Below are positions 26,805 to 37,622 of a stretch of DNA of 61,212 bases, one piece after another. Numbering within the stretch: the first letter of the stretch is position 1; the number at the start of each line of letters is the position of its first letter. This DNA comes from Burkholderiales bacterium. Lineage in GTDB: Bacteria > Pseudomonadota > Gammaproteobacteria > Burkholderiales > SHXO01. The DNA is taken from assembly GCA_046160525.1 (NCBI GenBank), contig JBJXGQ010000084.1, positions 1 to 61,212 of the forward strand, in the 5' to 3' direction. Made by a program: the position numbers and the translations under genes. The notes beneath the pieces are model-generated. The model made no database searches. It had not been told where the DNA came from and saw nothing but the letters and a program-made list of their open reading frames with translations.

Positions 26805-28076
26805 ATGCGAAAGAACCAGCAACTCGCCAGTGACATCGTTCTATCCGTCCTGTCGGGTGAAAGCCTGACGGCTCGGTTCTCCGCCCTATGGCGGGCACAT
26901 CCAGACCTAGCCGGCGCAGACCGCGGCACCATTCAAGATTTGAGCTATGGCACCTTGCGCTACCTCACCGAATTGCAAGCCTATGCCGCGTTCATGACCA
27001 GCAAACCCATCGCGGACGAGCGGGTCAATGCACTGCTTTGGGTAAGCTTGTACCAGCTGATCCATACCCGCAACGCGCCTCACGCCGTGGTTAATGAGGC
27101 GGTGAATGCCGCGCAAGAAACTGGCCGTCCGTGGGCAAAGGCTTTGGTGAACGCACTGCTGCGGCGCTTTCTGCGCGAACAAAAGACGCTCAAAGCGCGC
27201 ATTCCTTGGCCGGAGGAAGCTTTTTACTCCTACCCGTCATGGTGGATACAACGGCTCAAGCGCGATCACCCCCAAGATTATGCGCAGATCCTTGCCGAGG
27301 GGAACCGCCATCCGCCCATGACCTTGAGGGTAAACCGCCGCAAGCATACCCAGGAGAGCTATCTAGAAAAACTCACGGAACTGGGCATTGCGGCAACCCC
27401 GGCAGGAAGCGTTGGGCTGGTTCTCACCCAGCCGGTGGCTGTGGAGCGTCTGCCAGGATTTGCCCAGGGCTGGACCTCTGTCCAAGACTATGGTGCCCAG
27501 CTCGTGCCCGCGCTTCTCGATCTCAAGGAGGGTATGCGCATTTGCGACGCGTGCTGCGCGCCAGGCGGTAAGACCGCCCATTTGCTCGAGGCGGCCGCTG
27601 TGCACGTGACGGCGCTTGACGCCAGCGCGGAGCGCCTCGTGCGTGTGCGGGAGAATCTCGGGCGCCTGGGTTTGGATGCCTCGCTCAAGGTAGCAGACGC
27701 GGCCGATCTTTCCGCTTGGTGGGATGGCGAACCCTACGACGCCGTTTTGCTCGATGCACCGTGCAGCGCCTCGGGTGTCGTTCGTAGGCATCCAGATAGC
27801 AAATGGCTTCGCCGTGACCAAGATGTTGCCCAATACGCACGCGAGCAGAACCGCCTTCTCGAAGCGCTTTGGCGGGTGGTCAAACCCGGTGGTAAATTGC
27901 TCTACGTGACCTGTTCCGTATTCAACGCGGAGAATGAAGAAGTCATCGTGCCGTTTTGCGAGCGTACACACGATGCACACCTCGCGCCGGGATCATTCCC
28001 GTTGGATACTGCCGGAAGATGGATACCCAGCGCCCACAATGATGGTTTCTTCTACGCCCTACTTCACAAGGCTTAA
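26805..28076 (+). CDS. rsmB: 16S rRNA (cytosine967-C5)-methyltransferase
   Basis: 423 aa. NusB-like N-terminal domain plus a SAM MTase domain with DAPCSASGVVRRHPD. Confidence 0.93.
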   Translation: MRKNQQLASDIVLSVLSGESLTARFSALWRAHPDLAGADRGTIQDLSYGTLRYLTELQAYAAFMTSKPIADERVNALLWVSLYQLIHTRNAPHAVVNEAVNAAQETGRPWAKALVNALLRRFLREQKTLKARIPWPEEAFYSYPSWWIQRLKRDHPQDYAQILAEGNRHPPMTLRVNRRKHTQESYLEKLTELGIAATPAGSVGLVLTQPVAVERLPGFAQGWTSVQDYGAQLVPALLDLKEGMRICDACCAPGGKTAHLLEAAAVHVTALDASAERLVRVRENLGRLGLDASLKVADAADLSAWWDGEPYDAVLLDAPCSASGVVRRHPDSKWLRRDQDVAQYAREQNRLLEALWRVVKPGGKLLYVTCSVFNAENEEVIVPFCERTHDAHLAPGSFPLDTAGRWIPSAHNDGFFYALLHKA

Positions 28077-28632
28077 GCCACGCCTCCAGGTGCTGGCGGC
28101 GTTGTGCTGCATGCTCTTGTGCCTGCGCACGGTGTGGGCCGAGGGTATTGTCATCAAGTCCGCCGAGATCCTTCCTCAAGAGAACGCCCTCACGCTTAAC
28201 GTGACCTTCGATGTTTCCTTGGGCCATGTTCTGGAGGATGCGCTCACCCGCGGCGTACCGTTGAATTTCGTTACCGAGTTTGAGTTGCAATATCCGCGCT
28301 GGTATTTCCTCAATCTGTGGAACCGGGACGTCGCGCTTTATCGTAGCCAGCAAAAATTGTCCTACAACTTGCTGAGCCGCCAGTACCGCTTGAGTGCTGG
28401 TGGACTGCATCAAACCTTCGATACCTTGGATGAGGTATTAGCGGTCCTGGGGCGCACGCGCAACCGGCCAATCGCCCCGCGCGCCGCCGCTCCCGCGGGC
28501 GAGGTCTACATCGCCGGCGTGCGCATGTGGCTCGACACGTCGCAATTGCCTAAGCCGCTTCAGATCAATGCGCTGGGCTCGCGCGATTGGAATTTGAGTT
28601 CCGACTGGTACCGCTGGACCTTCAAACCATGA
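28039..28632 (+). CDS. DUF4390-like exported protein
   Basis: About 197 aa from the ATG at 28039, with an N-terminal hydrophobic segment (LQVLAALCCMLLCLRTVWA). The start overlaps the rsmB 3' end, and the stop overlaps the ntrY ATG (ATGA at 28629-28632). The family call comes from the remembered position between rsmB and ntrY. Confidence 0.7.
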   Translation: MMVSSTPYFTRLKPRLQVLAALCCMLLCLRTVWAEGIVIKSAEILPQENALTLNVTFDVSLGHVLEDALTRGVPLNFVTEFELQYPRWYFLNLWNRDVALYRSQQKLSYNLLSRQYRLSAGGLHQTFDTLDEVLAVLGRTRNRPIAPRAAAPAGEVYIAGVRMWLDTSQLPKPLQINALGSRDWNLSSDWYRWTFKP

Positions 28633-30815
28633 GCGTAGCGATGAAGAGTCTCAGAAAGAAACTCGCCCACCGCAGCGTGCAGCTTCTGGTGGCATTTCTT
28701 TTTGGATTGGGTGCCATCGTGCTCTATCTGCTGCTGGGTGCCAGCAGCAACACCGCGATGTTCGCGCGGGATCTCCCTGCCCTGTTGGGGATCACGCTCG
28801 TGTTGGTGCTGGCACTGATGGGTTTGGTAGGCTATCAACTGCTCATTTTGCGGCGGCGCCTGAACGCCGGATTGTTTGGATCGAAGCTGGCCTTGCGTCT
28901 GGTGTTGTTGTTCGCCCTGGTCGCCGTGCTTCCCGGTGCGCTGGTGTACAGCGTGTCCGTTCAGTTCCTCAATCGCAGCATCGAATCCTGGTTCGACGTG
29001 CGCGTGGACAAGGCGTTGGAAAGCGGCCTGCGTCTGGGCCGTACGGTGTTGGAGAATTTGCTGCAGGAACTCACACAAAAAGCGCACAATGCCGCCAACG
29101 CGCTCGAGCGCGGGTACCCTACCCGCAACGCCGCGGTCATCAACGAGTTGCGCGAGCAAACAGGGGTGCAGGAAGTCGCGCTCTTTCGCTCCGATGGAAC
29201 CCTGATCGTATTCTCCGGCAACGAGAGCAGCGGGCTGATGCCGGTGATGCCCAAGGCCGAATCCTTGCGCCAGGTGCGCATGCTACAAACCTTTCGGGCC
29301 ATCGAGTCGGATTCCGGAACGGGCTATCTCTTGCGAGTGGTGGTACCCGTGGACCGGCCAGGGGACGAGACTTACGCCTTGCAATTCGTGCAAGCCGTAC
29401 CCAAGGTTCTGGCGAGGGACGCCGAACAGGTCAAAGCGATGTACCGCGATTACCAGGAGTTGGAACTCTCGCGTAGCGGGCTCAAGCGGCTATACGGAAT
29501 TTCCCTAACGCTGACTTTGCTGCTGGCTTTGTTCTCCGCTCTCTTGCTCGCGGTTTTATTCAGTGAACGCCTGGCCGCGCCCCTGCGCGCCTTGGCGGCC
29601 GGTACCCGCGCCGTGGCACAGGGGGATTTCACGCTGCGCCATCCTGTTCAGCGCCATGATGAACTCGGCGTGTTGACGGAATCCTTTAACACCATGACTC
29701 ACCAGCTGGCCGAGGCGCAATCCGAGGTCATGCAAAACCAGGACGCGTTGCAGGCGGCAAAGACTTATCTGGAGAGCATTGTCGACAAGCTCTCGGCAGG
29801 CGTGATGTCGCTGGATTCCGAATACCAATTACGCTCCTTTAACCCCAGTGCGGCACTGATTCTGGGCGCCGACTTGGGTGCCCTCCTGGGAAAACCGCTT
29901 GCGAGTTGGGGAAGCCACGAAGAGAAACTCGCGCAAGTGGCTAACGAAGTCAGCCCTCTACTGGACCGTCCCACCGCCGCGGCATGGGAAGCCCAATTCG
30001 AATTCAAGACCGATGGCGGACCAAAAATTCTTCTGGTGCGCGGTTCCAGTTTGCAGCCCGGCGGCGGCTACGTCGTGGTGTTCGACGACATTACCCGCGT
30101 GCTGCAAGCGCAACGCTATGCGGCCTGGGGTGAAGTCGCGCGCCGCCTTGCCCATGAAATCAAGAATCCGCTTACACCGATCCAGCTGTCCGCCGAAAGA
30201 CTGGAGCATAGGCTGGTGGAGAAACTCACCGCCGAGGACGCCGACATGGTGCGCCGCTCCACCCGGACCATCGTCAATCAAGTGACGGCCCTCAAGGGCA
30301 TGGTGGACGCCTTCAGCCACTACGCGCGCGCGCCCGAAATCAAGTTGCAAGCGCTCGACCTCAATTTGCTTGTGCAAGAAATACTCTCTTTGTACGAAGC
30401 CAACCGGCCTATCATCCAACGGCGGCTCTTCTCCGGATTGCAGGCGGTACTCGGAGATCCCGCACAGTTGCGCCAAGTCATTCATAACTTGCTGCAAAAC
30501 GCGCAGCAAGCGGTGGGTGAGCAAAGCGAGGCTTCGATTGAAGTGCGCACCGAGGCGTTGCCCGCCGGGGCGCGCATTTGCGTGAGCGACAATGGCCCGG
30601 GATTTCCCCAGGAACTGCTGGGGCGGTTGTTCGAACCTTATGTGACCACGAAGACCAAGGGCACCGGGTTGGGACTGGCCATCGTGAAACGCATCGTCGA
30701 AGAACACAACGGCCATATCGAATTACAGAATCTCCCGGCGCGGGGAGCCATGGTACGCGTTACCATACCTTGGGCTGGGGTCACCGCACGCATAGAGGAA
30801 GCCAAAGTCGGATAA
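28629..30815 (+). CDS. ntrY: Sensor histidine kinase NtrY
   Basis: About 728 aa. N-terminal TM segments, HAMP, PAS, HisKA (HEIKNPLTPIQLSAERL) and an HATPase domain. Followed by ntrX. Confidence 0.88.
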   Translation: MSVAMKSLRKKLAHRSVQLLVAFLFGLGAIVLYLLLGASSNTAMFARDLPALLGITLVLVLALMGLVGYQLLILRRRLNAGLFGSKLALRLVLLFALVAVLPGALVYSVSVQFLNRSIESWFDVRVDKALESGLRLGRTVLENLLQELTQKAHNAANALERGYPTRNAAVINELREQTGVQEVALFRSDGTLIVFSGNESSGLMPVMPKAESLRQVRMLQTFRAIESDSGTGYLLRVVVPVDRPGDETYALQFVQAVPKVLARDAEQVKAMYRDYQELELSRSGLKRLYGISLTLTLLLALFSALLLAVLFSERLAAPLRALAAGTRAVAQGDFTLRHPVQRHDELGVLTESFNTMTHQLAEAQSEVMQNQDALQAAKTYLESIVDKLSAGVMSLDSEYQLRSFNPSAALILGADLGALLGKPLASWGSHEEKLAQVANEVSPLLDRPTAAAWEAQFEFKTDGGPKILLVRGSSLQPGGGYVVVFDDITRVLQAQRYAAWGEVARRLAHEIKNPLTPIQLSAERLEHRLVEKLTAEDADMVRRSTRTIVNQVTALKGMVDAFSHYARAPEIKLQALDLNLLVQEILSLYEANRPIIQRRLFSGLQAVLGDPAQLRQVIHNLLQNAQQAVGEQSEASIEVRTEALPAGARICVSDNGPGFPQELLGRLFEPYVTTKTKGTGLGLAIVKRIVEEHNGHIELQNLPARGAMVRVTIPWAGVTARIEEAKVG

Positions 30816-30819
30816 GGGT

Positions 30820-32079
30820 ATGAGCCAAATATTAGTGGTGGATGACGAGATCGGAATTCGAGAACTACTCTCGGAGATCTTGCACGATGAAGGGCATCAA
30901 GTGCGCTTGGCGGAGAGCGCGGGGGAGGCGAGGGTCATGCGTTCGCGCACCCGGCCAGACTTGGTTCTGCTCGACATCTGGATGCCCGACACCGATGGCA
31001 TCACGCTGCTCAAGGAGTGGGCAACGTCGGGACAGCTCACCATGCCGGTGGTCATGATGTCAGGTCATGGCACCATTGACACAGCCGTCGAGGCCACCCG
31101 AATTGGCGCCTATGCCTTTCTGGAAAAACCCATCGCGCTACAAAAACTTCTAACCACCGTCGGCCAGGCATTGAGACAGGGGCAAGCCACTACCAGCCGG
31201 CCGGGGTTGTCGCTGGCCTACCTCGGCCGCTCTGCCTTGCTGCAAGAGTTAAGAACCCGGCTGGAGAATATTCGCAATCTACCCCTTCCCGTGTTGTTTA
31301 CCGGCGAGCCTGGTGCCGGTAAGAGCCTTTGCGCGAAGTTTCTGCACAACGCCAATTCTCCGTGGGTGGCGCCGGAAAACTTATCCATCCTCGATGACAG
31401 CGCCAACAATCTGGTGGGACAAGCCGCGGAGGGAACCCTCTTTTTGCACGAAGTGAGCACCTTGAGCGCGCTGCAGCAACGCAATCTGCTACAACAATGC
31501 AGCAAGCTCGACCGCTATCACACACGCCTTATATCCACGACCTCCAAGGACCTCGCGGTATTGGTGGGCCAAGGGCTCTTCGATGCGCGCCTTTACAGTG
31601 CCTTGAGTTCCCTGAGCGTACGCGTCCCGAGTTTGCGCGAACACCCCGAGGACACTCCGGAGCTTGCGCGCTTGATTCTGAGCCGCTACGTGGAATCAAA
31701 GGAAGTCCCGGTGCGCCAGCTCAGCACTGCTGCCCTCAATGCCCTGCGGTTGTTTCACTGGCCCGGCAATCTTGCGCAGTTGGAAAGCGTCGTGAAGAGC
31801 GCCGCACTACTTGCCTTGAGCCACGAGATCACCCTTTCGGACGTCAATAGCACCCTCGCGCGCTTGGACGCGCCCGCCAGCAGCGCGTCCGTGGGTCTAG
31901 ATACGGATTTACGCGAGGCGAGAGAAGCCTTCGAACGTATCTATTTCGAGTACCACATGACGCGCGAAGGGGCCAATATCAGCCGCGTGGCCGAGCGTGC
32001 GGGGCTGGAGCGCACCCATCTTTATCGCAAGCTCAAGCAATTGGGTATCCAGATTTCGCGCAAAGCCGATCCCCTATAA
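30820..32079 (+). CDS. ntrX: Response regulator NtrX (REC plus degenerate sigma54-type AAA+ plus Fis-type HTH)
   Basis: 419 aa. REC domain (LVLLDIWMPDTDG), Walker A-like GEPGAGKS and a C-terminal HTH. Confidence 0.85.
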   Translation: MSQILVVDDEIGIRELLSEILHDEGHQVRLAESAGEARVMRSRTRPDLVLLDIWMPDTDGITLLKEWATSGQLTMPVVMMSGHGTIDTAVEATRIGAYAFLEKPIALQKLLTTVGQALRQGQATTSRPGLSLAYLGRSALLQELRTRLENIRNLPLPVLFTGEPGAGKSLCAKFLHNANSPWVAPENLSILDDSANNLVGQAAEGTLFLHEVSTLSALQQRNLLQQCSKLDRYHTRLISTTSKDLAVLVGQGLFDARLYSALSSLSVRVPSLREHPEDTPELARLILSRYVESKEVPVRQLSTAALNALRLFHWPGNLAQLESVVKSAALLALSHEITLSDVNSTLARLDAPASSASVGLDTDLREAREAFERIYFEYHMTREGANISRVAERAGLERTHLYRKLKQLGIQISRKADPL

Positions 32080-32128
32080 TCCGCCGCTTTCGCCGCTTCC
32101 TACCGAAGCCCTTTAGGAAATCGATCCC

Positions 32129-34129
32129 ATGGCCACCCGCCAAGAACTAGCCAATGCCCTGCGCGTGCTCGCGATGGACGCCGTGCAAAAAGCCAACTCC
32201 GGACACCCAGGCATGCCCATGGGCATGGCGGAAATCGCCGAGGTATTGTGGAACCACCATTTGCGCTTTAACCCGGCCGATCCGCACTGGCCCGACCGCG
32301 ACCGCTTCGTGGTTTCCAACGGCCACGGATCCATGTTGCTCTACGGGTTGCTGCACTTGGCGGGGTTTGATTTGTCCATGGACGAACTCAAGCGCTTTCG
32401 CCAACTGCACTCCAAGACGCCGGGCCATCCGGAATACGGCCTCGCTCCAGGCGTGGAAACGACCACCGGCCCGCTCGGCCAGGGCATTGCCAACGCAGTG
32501 GGCATGGCCATCGCTGAGCGTGAACTGGCGCGCGCCTTCAATAAGCCAGATGCCACGATTGTGGATCACCGCACCTACGTGTTCCTGGGCGACGGATGTT
32601 TGATGGAAGGAATATCCCACGAAGTGTGCTCGCTGGCGGGCACCCTCGGGTTGAACAAGCTCATCGCGCTCTACGACGACAACGGCATCTCCATCGATTC
32701 GGAGAAGGGCCGCATGGACCAGTGGTTCACCGAAGATACGCCCAAACGCTTTGAAGCCTATGGATGGAACGTCATCCGTAATGTGGACGGCCACGACTTT
32801 AGCGCCGTGGAGTACGCCATTACCGCCGCGAAGCGGGAAAGCGCGCGCCCAACGCTGGTCTGCTGCCGCACAACCATTGGCCAGGGCTCGCCCAACAAAG
32901 CCAATACAGGCGCGGCCCACGGCTCGCCCTTGGGCGAGAAAGAAGTAGCGGCCACCCGTGAAAAGCTCGCTTGGCCGCACGCGCCTTTCGAGATCCCAAA
33001 AGACATTTACGCCGGATGGAACGCGCAGGAGCGCGGCGCGAAGATGCACGGCGCATGGAGCGAGCTATTCGCGAAGTACAAAAAGAACTATCCGTATGAG
33101 GCCGCCGAATTCGAGCGGCGCGTGAAGGGAGAACTGCCAGCACAATGGCGCGACCACGCCGCGCAGATGCTCGCCAAAGCCAACGACAAGGCAGAGACCA
33201 TCGCCACGCGTAAGGCTTCACAGAACACCTTGGAGTCCATCGGGCCCGTCCTCCCTGAACTCATGGGCGGATCCGCGGATCTTGCAGCCTCCAACCTGAC
33301 CTTGTGGGCCGGTTCCAAAGGCGTGAAGAAGGATGCCGGCGGCAACTATCTCTTCTACGGCGTGCGCGAATTCGGCATGTGCGCCGTCATGAACGGTTTG
33401 GTGCTACATGGGGGCTTCATTCCCTATGGCGGCACCTTCCTCGTGTTCTCGGACTATGCGCGCAATGCGCTGCGCATGGCCGCCTTGATGGGGCTGCGGG
33501 GCATCTACGTGTTCACTCATGATTCCATTGGTTTGGGCGAGGATGGTCCTACTCACCAAGCCGTGGAACATGCCGCGAGTTTGCGCCTGATACCTAATAT
33601 GGATGTCTGGCGTCCTTGCGATGCCACCGAAACCGCCGCTGCCTGGGTGGCGGCGGTGGAGCGCCGCAAGGGGCCTTCCGCGCTGTTGCTGTCGCGCCAG
33701 AATCTTCCCCACGTTGCTCGTGATGGTGGGCAGATGGAGGGCATCCGCAAGGGCGCATACGTGCTCGCGGACACACCGAATCCCAAGGCCGTATTGATCG
33801 CCACGGGGTCCGAGGTCGCGCTTGCGCTTGCTGCCCAGAAGGCACTCGCCGCGCAAGGCGTGGCCGTGCGTGTAGTCTCGATGCCGTGTACCTCTGTATT
33901 CGACGCGCAGGACGCGGCCTACAAGGCGGCAGTTCTCCCGGGTGGATTGCCGCGCGTGGCCATCGAAGCGGGAGTCACCGACTACTGGCGTAAGTACGTG
34001 GGGCTCGAAGGCGCCGTGGTGGGCATGGACCGCTTCGGCGAATCCGCCCCTGCTGGAGACTTGTTCAAGTACTTTGGTTTCACCACCGAGAACGTGGTGG
34101 CGAAAACCAAGGGTGTACTGCACGGCTAA
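32129..34129 (+). CDS. tkt: Transketolase
   Basis: 666 aa. [10 protein letters not shown] and [10 protein letters not shown] thiamine-diphosphate motifs. Confidence 0.97.
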   Translation: MATRQELANALRVLAMDAVQKANSGHPGMPMGMAEIAEVLWNHHLRFNPADPHWPDRDRFVVSNGHGSMLLYGLLHLAGFDLSMDELKRFRQLHSKTPGHPEYGLAPGVETTTGPLGQGIANAVGMAIAERELARAFNKPDATIVDHRTYVFLGDGCLMEGISHEVCSLAGTLGLNKLIALYDDNGISIDSEKGRMDQWFTEDTPKRFEAYGWNVIRNVDGHDFSAVEYAITAAKRESARPTLVCCRTTIGQGSPNKANTGAAHGSPLGEKEVAATREKLAWPHAPFEIPKDIYAGWNAQERGAKMHGAWSELFAKYKKNYPYEAAEFERRVKGELPAQWRDHAAQMLAKANDKAETIATRKASQNTLESIGPVLPELMGGSADLAASNLTLWAGSKGVKKDAGGNYLFYGVREFGMCAVMNGLVLHGGFIPYGGTFLVFSDYARNALRMAALMGLRGIYVFTHDSIGLGEDGPTHQAVEHAASLRLIPNMDVWRPCDATETAAAWVAAVERRKGPSALLLSRQNLPHVARDGGQMEGIRKGAYVLADTPNPKAVLIATGSEVALALAAQKALAAQGVAVRVVSMPCTSVFDAQDAAYKAAVLPGGLPRVAIEAGVTDYWRKYVGLEGAVVGMDRFGESAPAGDLFKYFGFTTENVVAKTKGVLHG

Positions 34130-34134
34130 TTCCT

Positions 34135-35079
34135 ATGCGATTACTCGCGGACATCGGAGGTACCAATGTCCGCTTTGCGCTGCTGCCGCAGGGTAGCGGC
34201 ACGCCGCAAGACGAACTCGTTCTTCAATGCGCGGACTATCGCGGGTTGGAGGAAGCCGTTGAGTATTACCTGGACCAAGTGGGCCGTCCTGTCCTCACGG
34301 AGGCGGCCATGGACGTGGCCACCGCCATTACCGGAGACTTCGTCAAACTCACCAACAGCCCCTGGGCATTCTCCATCGAGCAGGCGCGCCGCCGCCTGAA
34401 GCTCAACCGGCTACTCGTCATCAACGACTTCACTGCCCTGGCGCTTTCGTTACCGAAATTGCAGGCAGACGAGCTTCGCAAGGTGGGGCGCGGCGAAGGC
34501 GTGCCTGGAACACCGATCGCATTGTTGGGAGCTGGTACTGGCTTGGGCGTGTCCGCGCTCATTCCGCATGGCAACCGCTGGATCACGCTGCAAGGCGAAG
34601 GCGGCCACGTGGCCTTTAGCGCCATGAGCGAGCGCGAAGACGATGTCTTGCGGGTGCTGCGCCAGCACCACGGTCACGTGTCGGCGGAACGGCTATTGAG
34701 TGGTCCTGGGTTGGTGAATGTCTACCGGGCGCTATGCGAGCTTGCTCATGTCGTGCCTCGCAACTACTCGCCCGAGCAAGTGAGCCAAGCGGGCCTGCGG
34801 CGTGATGATACGCAGTGCGCCGAAACGCTGGAAATCTTCTGTGCCGCGTTGGGCACGGCCGCCGCGAATCTCGTCGTCTGCCTGGGTGCCCGTGCCGCGG
34901 TGTACATCGGCGGAGGCATCGTGCCGAAGTTGGGAGATTACTTCGATCGCTCCGCCTTCCGCGTGCGCTTCGAGCACAAGGGCCGTTTCTCCAGTTACGT
35001 GGCGCAAGTCCCTACCTACGTGATCTTGGCGCAAACGCCCGCGCTACGAGGGTTGGCCGTGGCGTTGGAGAATTCATGA
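34135..35079 (+). CDS. glk: Glucokinase
   Basis: 314 aa. N-terminal ADIGGTNVRFAL ATP-binding motif. Confidence 0.9.
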   Translation: MRLLADIGGTNVRFALLPQGSGTPQDELVLQCADYRGLEEAVEYYLDQVGRPVLTEAAMDVATAITGDFVKLTNSPWAFSIEQARRRLKLNRLLVINDFTALALSLPKLQADELRKVGRGEGVPGTPIALLGAGTGLGVSALIPHGNRWITLQGEGGHVAFSAMSEREDDVLRVLRQHHGHVSAERLLSGPGLVNVYRALCELAHVVPRNYSPEQVSQAGLRRDDTQCAETLEIFCAALGTAAANLVVCLGARAAVYIGGGIVPKLGDYFDRSAFRVRFEHKGRFSSYVAQVPTYVILAQTPALRGLAVALENS

Positions 35080-35092
35080 CGCGCCTCATCCG

Positions 35093-37024
35093 TTGAACGC
35101 GGCTACTCCGGCGCATTCACAGACGGTATACCGCGCGGATATCGACGGGTTGCGCGCCATCGCCGTTCTGGGCGTGGTGCTCTATCACGTAGAAAGCCAG
35201 TGGATCCCCGGGGGATTCACCGGCGTGGATGTGTTTTTCGTGATTTCCGGCTACCTCATCCACTCGCTGATTCTGGGCGCGATGCAGTCGAATCGCTTCA
35301 GCTTGGCGAATTTCTACGCCCGGCGCATCCGCCGTATCTTTCCCGCCCTGGTTTTCGTATTACTCACGTGCTGGGCCGCGGGCTGGGTGGCGCTGATGTC
35401 GGACGAGTACAGCCAGCTAGGCAAGCACATTGGCGCCAGCGCGGTTTTCATCGCCAACTTCGTGCTCAACCGCGAAGCGGGTTATTTCGATACGGATGCA
35501 CTGCTAAAACCACTATTACATCTATGGTCCCTGAGCGTGGAGGAGCAGTTCTATCTCGTCTTTCCCGTGATGCTCATCGCACTGGCACGCCTGCGTATCT
35601 CCTTCGGCCGGGTATTCCTTGTGTTATTCGTGCTCTCTTTCGCGGCCTCGTGCTGGATGAGCCTTAACACGAAGACGGCGGCGTACTACCTGCCGTGGAG
35701 CCGGTTCTGGGAGTTGTTAGCCGGGGCGCTGTTGGCACAGGGTGCGCGCCACTTAAAGCCCGGTGAGGATTTCCCGGCGCGGTTGGCAGGTGCGTGCGGT
35801 TGGCGGCATCTCGCAAATGCGCAACTGTGGGCAGTGCTGGGAGCCCTATTGGTTGCCTGCGGATTCTTGCTTGTCCAACGCCAAAGCATTTTCCCAGGGC
35901 CCTATGCGTTACTTCCCGTCGCGGGAACCTGCCTGCTCATCGCCGCCGGCCCGCGCGCGGGTTTTAACCGGCGCATCCTGTCCTGGCCGCCGCTCGTGGC
36001 TTTGGGCTTGGTGAGCTACGCATGGTATTTGTGGCATTACCCGCTTCTGGCCTTCCTACGCATCACGGAACCACAACCCCCAGCGATATGGCAGCTCCTA
36101 AGCGCGGTGGGAATTGCGTTGGCGCTCGCGGTCTTGTCCTACCAATTGCTTGAGCGTCCGATCCGGCGTAACGCAACGCCGCGCGTGCTTACAGGCTTGA
36201 TCGTGTCCATGGTCATCGCGGGTGCGCTGGGGAAATACACCAAGAACGTACACGGCTTTGAAGACCGTCTCCCGCGCGCGCCGGAGATCGCAACCATGAC
36301 TCCTGGGGAGCACGCCGCCAGCGCGAACGCTGCCATGGCCATTCTTGGCGATAGTCACGCCAATCATTTTTCCGTGGGCGTTTATGCCTATGCAAGAAAG
36401 TACGGCGATGGCGTGCGGGTGTACTCCTATGGCGGTTGCGCCCCGCTCTACGGTGTGACCAACGAGGGCGGGCCCGGTGGAAAATGCAAGGACTCGGTCA
36501 CGCCCGCCATCGATGAAATCGCAGCGGCCAAAGCCCTGCGTATGGTGGTGCTCGCCTTTAACGGCACGGGATACATGAACAGCGCACGCGGGGTCACCCT
36601 TTCGCACCCGAATCTTCCTTCGGCGGACAATAACGCTGTGTTCAGCGCGGGTCTGCGTGCGACCCTGGGGAAACTGACCCAGGCGGGAAAGCAAGTTGTG
36701 CTGCTCACCGACAATCCGCCGCTCAATTTTCACCCGCGTAACTGCCTCATGGCTCGCGCGTTCTCCGCCCAGCCGGCCAAGCCTCATTGTGTGGTGGAGC
36801 GCAGCTGGGTGGACTCCACCACCCAGCTATACCGGGATCTCCTGTACGATGCCGCGCGGGCTTTTCCCGGCGTCAGGGTTTTCGATACCTACCCAGTCCT
36901 GTGCGACGCGCAGTATTGCTACGCCAAGAAGGACGGCCACCTGCTCTACGCCGACACCACTCACTTGACCCGGGAGGGCTCCTTGCTCTTTGCCGGGCGG
37001 TTCGATTTCTACCCCGGGCATTGA
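35093..37024 (+). CDS. OafA/YrhL-type acyltransferase-3 membrane protein with a C-terminal SGNH-like domain
   Basis: 643 aa with a TTG start. Polytopic N-terminal domain with DGLRAIAVLGVVLYH and FFVISGY. Soluble C-terminal domain with ILGDSHANH. Confidence 0.8.
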   Translation: MNAATPAHSQTVYRADIDGLRAIAVLGVVLYHVESQWIPGGFTGVDVFFVISGYLIHSLILGAMQSNRFSLANFYARRIRRIFPALVFVLLTCWAAGWVALMSDEYSQLGKHIGASAVFIANFVLNREAGYFDTDALLKPLLHLWSLSVEEQFYLVFPVMLIALARLRISFGRVFLVLFVLSFAASCWMSLNTKTAAYYLPWSRFWELLAGALLAQGARHLKPGEDFPARLAGACGWRHLANAQLWAVLGALLVACGFLLVQRQSIFPGPYALLPVAGTCLLIAAGPRAGFNRRILSWPPLVALGLVSYAWYLWHYPLLAFLRITEPQPPAIWQLLSAVGIALALAVLSYQLLERPIRRNATPRVLTGLIVSMVIAGALGKYTKNVHGFEDRLPRAPEIATMTPGEHAASANAAMAILGDSHANHFSVGVYAYARKYGDGVRVYSYGGCAPLYGVTNEGGPGGKCKDSVTPAIDEIAAAKALRMVVLAFNGTGYMNSARGVTLSHPNLPSADNNAVFSAGLRATLGKLTQAGKQVVLLTDNPPLNFHPRNCLMARAFSAQPAKPHCVVERSWVDSTTQLYRDLLYDAARAFPGVRVFDTYPVLCDAQYCYAKKDGHLLYADTTHLTREGSLLFAGRFDFYPGH

Positions 37025-37079
37025 GCGGCAAACTCGTGTGATACTTTTGCCTTCCAACGCGAAAACAGGGGAGACGAGG

Positions 37080-37559
37080 ATGCGAGGGATCATGCTGTGG
37101 GCGCTAGCTTGTTGCCCGTTGGCGGGTTACGCCATGCAGAACGAGCCGCGCGATTTTCTCGGAGTGGAGTGGGGGGCTCCCATCGAGAAATACCGCACCG
37201 ATCTAAAGACCATTATCGAGGACGAAAATTCGGGGCACTACCGGCGCCTTTCCGACCGGCCATTCTTCGCCGGGCTGGAAGTGCGCCGCATCAGCTACTA
37301 CTTCTACAAGGGCCGCTTCATCGCCGGTACTTTTCTCACGGTGGGTAGCAACGATTTGAACCGCATTATCGCCCACCTCACGGACCGCCATGGCCCCCCG
37401 CAGAGCGCGCACACGCGCCACCGCGTCTATGCCTGGGAAGGCCAGCACGCGGGGGTGACCATCTCCTGCGACATTACCATTAGTTGCTATACGGAGTTCT
37501 ACGACAGGGCTTTGCGCTTGCAGGAATTGGAGGCGTCCGGAAAGCGTGATGACGACTAA
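37080..37559 (+). CDS. Small exported protein of unknown function
   Basis: About 159 aa from the ATG at 37080, preceded by the purine-rich AGGGGAGACGAGG. Signal-peptide-like N-terminus MRGIMLWALACCPLAGYA. No family recognised. Confidence 0.55.
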   Translation: MRGIMLWALACCPLAGYAMQNEPRDFLGVEWGAPIEKYRTDLKTIIEDENSGHYRRLSDRPFFAGLEVRRISYYFYKGRFIAGTFLTVGSNDLNRIIAHLTDRHGPPQSAHTRHRVYAWEGQHAGVTISCDITISCYTEFYDRALRLQELEASGKRDDD

Positions 37560-37622
37560 CACCGGGTGCAGGAGTAAAATTCGCGGCCATCCCTCCCGGT
37601 ACCGGCACTCAATGCTCTGCCT

